Assembly (NCBI GenBank): GCA_050290185.1 | Contig: JBNKHE010000009.1 | Span: 1-64,000 of the forward strand | Source: Pontiella sp. | GTDB taxonomy: Bacteria; Verrucomicrobiota; Kiritimatiellia; Kiritimatiellales; Pontiellaceae | DNA: 64,000 nt | Direction of reading: 5' to 3' | Part shown: piece after piece, positions 58,048 to 64,000 of the stretch | How the letters are laid out: each line of letters begins with the position of its first letter | Numbering within the stretch: the stretch's first letter is position 1 | The notes under the pieces: generated by a model | What the model saw: only the letters and a program-made list of their open reading frames with translations | Databases searched by the model: none | What the model was told of the DNA's origin: nothing | Position numbers and translations under genes: made by a program

Positions 58048-58329
58048 TTATTTCTCCATCCGTTTAACGACGGTCATGATTTCATCGAGCTTTTCCGCAA
58101 CATCGGCTTCGTTTTTGGATTCCAGCGCGGCAGCGACGCAATGCTTGAGGTGCTTTTCGAGAATGGTCTTGTTGACGGATTGCAGGGCGGCGCGGGCGGC
58201 CTGGATCTGGGTGATGATGTCGATGCAGTATTCGCCGTCGTCGATCATCCGTTTCACCGCCCTGATTTGGCCTTCGATACGTGAAAGCCGCGTAATGTTC
58301 TCCGAATGCGTGGTGGTATGACCCTTCAT
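58048..58329 (-). CDS. csoR: CsoR/RcnR-family metal-sensing repressor (CsoR type)
   Basis: RLSRIEGQ, EYCIDI, HLKHCV (Cys-His-Cys ligands with the preceding Tyr). Confidence 0.9.
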   Translation of the reverse strand: MKGHTTTHSENITRLSRIEGQIRAVKRMIDDGEYCIDIITQIQAARAALQSVNKTILEKHLKHCVAAALESKNEADVAEKLDEIMTVVKRMEK

Positions 58330-58356
58330 GGTTTTCTCCCTCGTTCAAAGGCATGG

Positions 58357-58373
58357 ATACCCCTGCAGGGTAT
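58357..58373. promoter_or_regulatory. CsoR operator
   Basis: ATACCC-CTGCA-GGGTAT palindrome upstream of csoR, just inside a minus-strand TTGAAC -35-like hexamer (58377-58382). Confidence 0.85.
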
Positions 58374-58423
58374 AATGTTCAAATAAAAATGACAAATACG
58401 ATCACAATACTTGGTGCTGGAGT

Positions 58424-58463
58424 AAAAAAAGGCCCCGGACACTCTGAGGAGCGTCCGGGGCCT
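58424..58463 (-). terminator. Intrinsic terminator of the GH2 gene
   Basis: AGGCCCCGGAC/GTCCGGGGCCT stem followed by a T-tract on the minus strand. Confidence 0.88.
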
Positions 58464-58484
58464 GCGGATTGGGCAGGGAAACAT

Positions 58485-61130
58485 CTACATCCCGTTGATC
58501 ACCACGTTGGCTGGTTTCAGCCCTTCCGCCGTTGCGCGGAGGGTGATCGGTCCGGCGGCGTTCGCGCGAACGATGCAGAGCGCAAGACCGTTGAAGGCCT
58601 TGCGTTCGGACGATTGGAATACGGTGAGGTCGGTTGCATCACCGTTGTCGGTGGCGACGATTTCGCCGGGGCCTTCGATCGTGAACTTAATGTTGTACAT
58701 GGCAACTGGCATCATGCGTCCTTTTTCATCCTGAACCGTCAGGGTGATGAAGGAGAGATCCTTTCCATCGGTCATGATGCTTGAGCGATCGGCCTTCAGC
58801 GCGAGCCTTGCCGCCGGTCCGGCGGTTTGCACGGAGTCTTCCGCCCATTTCCTGCCGTCCTTGTAGGCGACGACCTTGAGTTCGCCGGGTTCATAGATGA
58901 CGTCGTCCCAGCGCAGGCGGTATTCAAATTTGCCCTTTTTCTTTCGTCCGAGCGATTTCCTGTTGAGGAACAGCTCGGCTTCATCGCCGGAAGTGTAGAC
59001 GTGAACGGGCGTAACCTGTCCAACGCGATCCGGCCAGTTCCAGTGGGGCAGGATATGCGCCATGGGCAGATCCGGCCGCCAGCGGGCCTGGTAGATGTAG
59101 AAGCGGTCCTTCCTGAAGCCGGCGAGGTCGACGATGCCGAAATAGGAGCTGCGGGACGGCACCTTGATTTTGCCGATGGCTTCGAGTTCGGAGCGCGCTT
59201 TTTCCTTTTCCTCTTCCGTGTGGAAGTTGCTGAGGACGGTCATGTCGGCGTTAAACGGGGTGGGTTCGCCGAGATAGTCGAAGCCGGTCCAGACAAATTC
59301 GCCTGCGACGTAGAGGAACTCGTCCTGAGCCTTGAACTCCCAGTCCGGCGGCTGGGCCCAGCGCGGGGCATAGAGGTCGTAGGAACTCATCTGAAAGCCG
59401 ATCTTGCCGCCGTCCTTGTTGTCGTCGACCGGGAAGAGGTATTCTCCGCGGGAACTGATGCACGAGGAGGTTTCGCTGCCGAAGAGCGGCTGGTCGGGAT
59501 TGTTCTTGTGGAACTTTTCATAGAGCATCGGTTTGTAGTTGTAGCCGAAGATATCGATGGTTTTGTTATAGCCGTTTTCTCCGGATTGCGGTCGGTCGTT
59601 TCCGGTAGTGACGGGTCGGGTCGGATCTTCATTGTGGGCGATGGCGCTGAGGTGCTCGGATATATGGAAGCGCTTGGGATCGCCCTGTTCACCGATTTCG
59701 TTTCCGGTGCTCCAGGCAAAGATGCAGGGATGGTTGCGGTCGCGCCGGATCATGGCGCGCAGATCAGCCTCGGACCAATCCTTGAACAGCAGGCCATAGC
59801 CGTTCTTTTTCTTTGGATAGGTCCAGGTGTCGGTTAGCTCGTCCAGCACGAGCAGGCCCATGCGGTCGCACAGGTCGAGGAATTCCGGCGCGGGCGGGTT
59901 GTGGCTGGTACGGATGGCGTTGACGCCCATTTCCTTCATGATTTCAAGTTGCCGCTCCGAGGCCCGGACATTGTAGGCCGCTCCCAGCGCGCCGAGGTCA
60001 TGGTGCAGGCAGACGCCCTTGAGCTCGACGACTTGACCGTTCAGCAGAAAACCCTTATCGGCATCAAATTCCATGGTCCGGATACCAAAAGGTGTTTCGT
60101 GTCGTTCGACAATTTTACCGTCCTGCTGAATGGAAGTGACAGCCACGTACCTGTTGGGGGATTCCGTATCCCAAAGCGCCGGACGATCAATGCGAAATTC
60201 CGTGACATAGTTTTCTGCGCCGTTCGGTGAAAGCTTCATGCTAATCGGCTCGGAGGTTGCAACCGGTTTATCCATATCCGATTCGATGAAGATCTGTGTA
60301 GCGATACGAGCACTGGCTACGGTTTCGGTTTGGTTAAGTATGGTTGATTGAAGGTGGATGTCGGCGCTGGTCGAAGAAACCTTCGGCGTGATGATATACG
60401 TGCTCCACTGCGCGACGTGGACCGGTGCGGTCTTGATGAGCCAGACGTTGCGGTAGATGCCGCCGCCGGGGTACCAGCGCGACGACTCTTCAGGGTTGTC
60501 GAGGCGGATGGCGAGGGTGTTTTTCTTTCCGGTTTCAAGGTAGGGGGTGAGGTCGAGCTGCCATGTGGTATATCCGTAGGGCCAGCCACCGACGAGTTTC
60601 CCATTGCACCATACGGTTGCGTAGGACATGGCCCCGTCCACTTGAAGGAAGATGCGTTTTGCATCGTCGGTTTCCGGCAGGTCGAAGGATTTGCGATACC
60701 ACGCCACGCCGAACCAGGGCAGCTTGGCGGTTTCTCCCGGCAGATTGATGTCGAAGGGGCCTTCGATGCCCCAATCGTGCGGCAGGTCGAGCTGGCGCCA
60801 TCCAGAGTCGTCAAAGTCCACTTGAGTTACGGTGGCGGCTTCTCCCGGTGCGGCTCCCTCGGGCCGGTTGGCCGAAGTCGATGTGACAAAGCCGTTGGCG
60901 GAGGGAAGCAGCCAAGGTTTCAGCTGTTTGTAGGTGAGATCCCCGTCCGTTCCTGCTGGATCGTTTTTCTGGAAACGCCAGTTTTTGGTGAAAAGAATTT
61001 TTTCACGGGGCGGTGGCGTTGCGGCAGAGCATGTTTCGTTTTCCATTGTTTCCTCCGCTATGCTGGATTGGGTTGCAAGGCCGACAGTCAGCAGCATTGT
61101 TATCCGAAGTGCAAAATAAATGTGTTTCAT
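58485..61130 (-). CDS. Glycoside hydrolase family 2 (beta-galactosidase-like), exported
   Basis: LPHDW, RWYPGGGIYR, GVCLHHD, IRTSHNP, RDRNHP...WSTGNE, FGSE, WTGFDYLGEP. Confidence 0.94.
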   Translation of the reverse strand: MKHIYFALRITMLLTVGLATQSSIAEETMENETCSAATPPPREKILFTKNWRFQKNDPAGTDGDLTYKQLKPWLLPSANGFVTSTSANRPEGAAPGEAATVTQVDFDDSGWRQLDLPHDWGIEGPFDINLPGETAKLPWFGVAWYRKSFDLPETDDAKRIFLQVDGAMSYATVWCNGKLVGGWPYGYTTWQLDLTPYLETGKKNTLAIRLDNPEESSRWYPGGGIYRNVWLIKTAPVHVAQWSTYIITPKVSSTSADIHLQSTILNQTETVASARIATQIFIESDMDKPVATSEPISMKLSPNGAENYVTEFRIDRPALWDTESPNRYVAVTSIQQDGKIVERHETPFGIRTMEFDADKGFLLNGQVVELKGVCLHHDLGALGAAYNVRASERQLEIMKEMGVNAIRTSHNPPAPEFLDLCDRMGLLVLDELTDTWTYPKKKNGYGLLFKDWSEADLRAMIRRDRNHPCIFAWSTGNEIGEQGDPKRFHISEHLSAIAHNEDPTRPVTTGNDRPQSGENGYNKTIDIFGYNYKPMLYEKFHKNNPDQPLFGSETSSCISSRGEYLFPVDDNKDGGKIGFQMSSYDLYAPRWAQPPDWEFKAQDEFLYVAGEFVWTGFDYLGEPTPFNADMTVLSNFHTEEEKEKARSELEAIGKIKVPSRSSYFGIVDLAGFRKDRFYIYQARWRPDLPMAHILPHWNWPDRVGQVTPVHVYTSGDEAELFLNRKSLGRKKKGKFEYRLRWDDVIYEPGELKVVAYKDGRKWAEDSVQTAGPAARLALKADRSSIMTDGKDLSFITLTVQDEKGRMMPVAMYNIKFTIEGPGEIVATDNGDATDLTVFQSSERKAFNGLALCIVRANAAGPITLRATAEGLKPANVVINGM

Positions 61131-61392
61131 CAGTATCTCCTGATTCTGAAGTGTGATCCTAACTTCCCGGAGGTGAATGAGACCATTACTCTATAACAAC
61201 GCTCCAATCAAATGCATTGATAAACAGGAACGCTGCGAAGCATAGTGTCCGGAAGGCGGTAATAGTGCCGGAGGCACGGTCCAAGCGGTAAGAAATTGGA
61301 CGCGAGGGAAGCAAAGAAGTTTTTTCCATGATTTCAATGCATGACTGCGATGCGCATGTACGTTATGGATAGAGGTCTTAAGGGGAAAGCAT

Positions 61393-62184
61393 ATGAATAG
61401 AATGGGTCAGTGCCGGATTGGGAGATCTTTGATCACAGGGGTTGTTGTGTGTGCCTTCCTTGCCATCACGACATGGTCCGCCGAACAGTACCGCACGTTT
61501 ACCAATACGCAGGCCCGTTCGTTTGAGGGGGAACTCAAGGCTTTTAATGCCATCGAGGAAACGGTGAGCATCCAGCGCGCCGATGGTAGAACAGGGAAGA
61601 TGCCGCTGGCTGTATTTTCAGAGCAGGACCGGAAATATATCCGTAATTGGGGATGTACCAATGACTTTATGACCGGGATCAAGGTTGCGGCATTCCTCGA
61701 GGCCTATTCCGTGTCAGCCGAGGAAACGGACTTCGACGATGTCACCAAACAGGTCAAGGATTTCCGCTTTAACGTGCAATTGAAAAATCAATCGACCACG
61801 GCGTTTGGAAAAATCAACGTGGAATACTGCCTCTTCTACCGGCAGGGGGAACGGGATGGTTCGACCATCCAATACGACGAAGGAATCTGCCATAGCGAAA
61901 TCAACGTCGAATCCCTGGCATCGGCTGACTTGGCGGATCTCGAAACGAAGTATGTCCGTCTTTATTCCGCCGCCGGCCAACAAACCCTGTTTGGTTCACT
62001 GGAGCTGTCCGATGCCGAGGTACGGGGGCTCTGGCTGCGCATGAAAATGAAGCTTCCGTCGGGCGAGGAGCTGATTCGGGAATACCGGACGGCTGAAGAC
62101 GATTTCTGGAAGTGGAGTGACTATTCGATCGGTGCGGGTCTGAACAAGGGCGACTCCGGGACGGGATACTACTTTGTCCCGTAG
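61393..62184 (+). CDS. Secreted hypothetical protein with an N-terminal SHD1-like domain
   Basis: Signal peptide, then YRTFTNTQARSFEGEL...RADG...PLAVFSEQDRKYI. Confidence 0.75.
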   Translation: MNRMGQCRIGRSLITGVVVCAFLAITTWSAEQYRTFTNTQARSFEGELKAFNAIEETVSIQRADGRTGKMPLAVFSEQDRKYIRNWGCTNDFMTGIKVAAFLEAYSVSAEETDFDDVTKQVKDFRFNVQLKNQSTTAFGKINVEYCLFYRQGERDGSTIQYDEGICHSEINVESLASADLADLETKYVRLYSAAGQQTLFGSLELSDAEVRGLWLRMKMKLPSGEELIREYRTAEDDFWKWSDYSIGAGLNKGDSGTGYYFVP

Positions 62185-62379
62185 GAGCGGTCGGGCCGTC
62201 ATGGCCTCATATTGCAGGGTTTATGGATTTGTATCGGCTTGGGAGAACAGGTAAAAACGGGCTCTTGTTTTTGGCGGGGAGCCGCCTGCTATCAGTTAAT
62301 GGTTAATGGGTAAATGTGTTCCGTGAACCTCTAATTAACGAATAACTAATCGCGATAACTACAAAACGGAGTTTTGTTG

Positions 62380-63342
62380 ATGAGGATTCTTTCGGGCATT
62401 CAGCCTTCGGGCAAACTGCATATTGGAAACTATTTCGGGATGATGAAGCCGGCGATCGAACTGCAGGAGCAGGGCGATGCCTACCTCTTCATCGCCAACT
62501 ACCATGCCATGACCACGGTGCAGGATGCGGCTGCGCTTAGGCAGATGACGACCGACGTAGCGCTGGACTTTCTGGCGTGTGGAATCGATCCGGAAAAAAC
62601 GGCGTTTTATCGTCAGAGCGACGTGCCCGAAGTGCACGAACTGGCCTGGATGCTGTCGACCCTCTGCCCAATGGGGTTGCTGGAACGATGCCATTCCTAC
62701 AAGGACAAGATTGCCAAGGGAATTGCGGCCTCGCACGGCCTGTTTGCTTATCCGGTGCTGATGGCGGCCGATATTCTTGCCGTCAACTCCAATGTCGTGC
62801 CCGTTGGCCGCGACCAGAAGCAGCACGTCGAGGTGACGCGCGATCTGGCGATACGCTTCAACAATGCGTATGGCGAAGTTTTCACCATTCCTGAACCATC
62901 GATCCGCGAGCAAGTGGCTGTGGTGCCGGGTATCGACGGGCAGAAAATGTCGAAGTCGTACAACAATACCATCGAGATTTTCAGCGAGGGTAAGCCACTG
63001 AAAAAGCAGGTGATGAAGATCATGACCGACAGCAAGGAACTGGAAGATCCGAAAGATCCGGACACCTGCAACGTCTTTGCGCTCTACAAGCTTTTCGGAA
63101 CGGAAGAAGAGGTGGTCGATCTGGCGGATCGCTACCGCGCCGGCGGCATGGGTTATGGTCATGCCAAGACCGAGTTGCTCGGTAAGATCAACGAGCATTT
63201 CGGCCCCATGCGCGAACGCCGCGCCGAATTGGCCAACGATATGGATTATGTGGAAGATGTGCTGCACCAGGGTGCGGAAAAGGCGCGGATACTTGCGCGG
63301 GAAATCCTTCAAAGGGCCCGTCAGGCAGTCGGCTTGGAGTAG
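62380..63342 (+). CDS. trpS: Tryptophan--tRNA ligase
   Basis: SGIQPSGKLHIGNY (HIGH), YPVLMAADI, VPVGRDQ, KMSKS. Confidence 0.98.
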   Translation: MRILSGIQPSGKLHIGNYFGMMKPAIELQEQGDAYLFIANYHAMTTVQDAAALRQMTTDVALDFLACGIDPEKTAFYRQSDVPEVHELAWMLSTLCPMGLLERCHSYKDKIAKGIAASHGLFAYPVLMAADILAVNSNVVPVGRDQKQHVEVTRDLAIRFNNAYGEVFTIPEPSIREQVAVVPGIDGQKMSKSYNNTIEIFSEGKPLKKQVMKIMTDSKELEDPKDPDTCNVFALYKLFGTEEEVVDLADRYRAGGMGYGHAKTELLGKINEHFGPMRERRAELANDMDYVEDVLHQGAEKARILAREILQRARQAVGLE

Positions 63343-63459
63343 GGATGCCTGCGACCGGGTGTCGGGCAAAATGATTATCCATGCTGGAGCGGCAATTCTT
63401 TTATGCCTGATCATCTTGTCATCCCAATCAACTGAATGTGAATGGATGTGAATAGCCAA

Positions 63460-64000
63460 ATGGATTTGATTAAAGACGACTACAAGGTCTCGCTCGAAGT
63501 GTTCGAGGGGCCGCTGGATCTGCTTTTGTACCTGATCAAGAAGGACGAAGTGGATATCTACGACATTCCGATCGGGCGCATTACCGACCAGTACATGGAA
63601 TATCTACAGCTAATGAAGGTCCTCGACCTGAACATTGCCGGCGATTTTATCGTGATGTCTGCGACGCTGATGCTGATCAAGAGCCGCATGCTGCTTCCGG
63701 TGGAGGAGCGCAAGGAGATGGACGAGGAGGACGAGGAGGATCCCCGCTGGGATCTGGTCCGGCAGTTGGTGGAATACAAGAAGTTCAAGGATGCCGCCGA
63801 CCACCTCGAAGAGCTTGAAATGCATATGGAAAATGTGTTCGGTCGCGAGAGCGAGCACGTCGAATTGGGAGCGCCGCCGGATGTTGACCTTCGGGACGCG
63901 AGCATCTTCGACCTGATTTCATCGTTAAACGAGGCGTTGGGCCGGGTCAAGGAAGAGGACCTTCAGGAAATCTTTGCCGAGGAATACACCGTCTCGCAAA
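63460..64000 (+). CDS. scpA: Segregation and condensation protein A (3'-truncated by the window edge; not in the ORF track)
   Basis: MDLIKDDYKVSLEVFEGPLDLLLYLIKKDEVDIYDIP...KSRMLLP...DPRWDLVRQLVEYKKFK. Confidence 0.95.
   Translation, partial: MDLIKDDYKVSLEVFEGPLDLLLYLIKKDEVDIYDIPIGRITDQYMEYLQLMKVLDLNIAGDFIVMSATLMLIKSRMLLPVEERKEMDEEDEEDPRWDLVRQLVEYKKFKDAADHLEELEMHMENVFGRESEHVELGAPPDVDLRDASIFDLISSLNEALGRVKEEDLQEIFAEEYTVSQ

Noticed and set aside
63558..63950. Minus-strand ORFs at the window end
   Set aside because: The real gene is scpA on the plus strand from 63460, missed by the track because it has no stop in the window.

Overview
Bacterial chromosome segment. The gene content (SHD1-like secreted protein, autotransporter, GH2, eukaryote-type UDP-sugar pyrophosphorylase, BamA) suggests a PVC-superphylum organism such as Kiritimatiellota; this is inference only. 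Positions ~1.4-17.9 kb hold a defence island next to the 3' end of an initiator tRNA-Met. It is a co-oriented array of SNF2 helicase, OLD-family ABC-ATPase/TOPRIM nuclease, KAP NTPase, type III Mod, AlbA2(Schlafen)-HATPase-wHTH protein, type III Res, tandem HARE-HTH-Mrr nuclease and a HEPN-motif protein, closed by a convergent XRE regulator. The XRE gene has two upstream operator-like sites (TRCGGC-N7-GNCGTAA), and a third copy lies upstream of the first gene of the array. Positions 18-43 kb are mostly housekeeping (rpe, dtd, argH, tRNA-Gln, prs, rplY, pth, rpsF-ssb-rpsR-rplI-dnaB, bamA, ligA), plus a degenerate COG3044 ATPase, a KAP-NTPase-LRR protein and a plant/protist-like UDP-sugar pyrophosphorylase. 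Positions 44-64 kb hold an autotransporter, a P1B-ATPase 3' remnant, a large secreted protein, a CsoR-regulated Cus-type efflux operon, a GH2 enzyme, trpS and partial scpA. Several short repeat families (GTAG REPs, ~9-mer CAC repeats, 7-mer tandem repeats) occur, some in frame inside genes. No CRISPR array, rRNA, integrase or transposase was seen.
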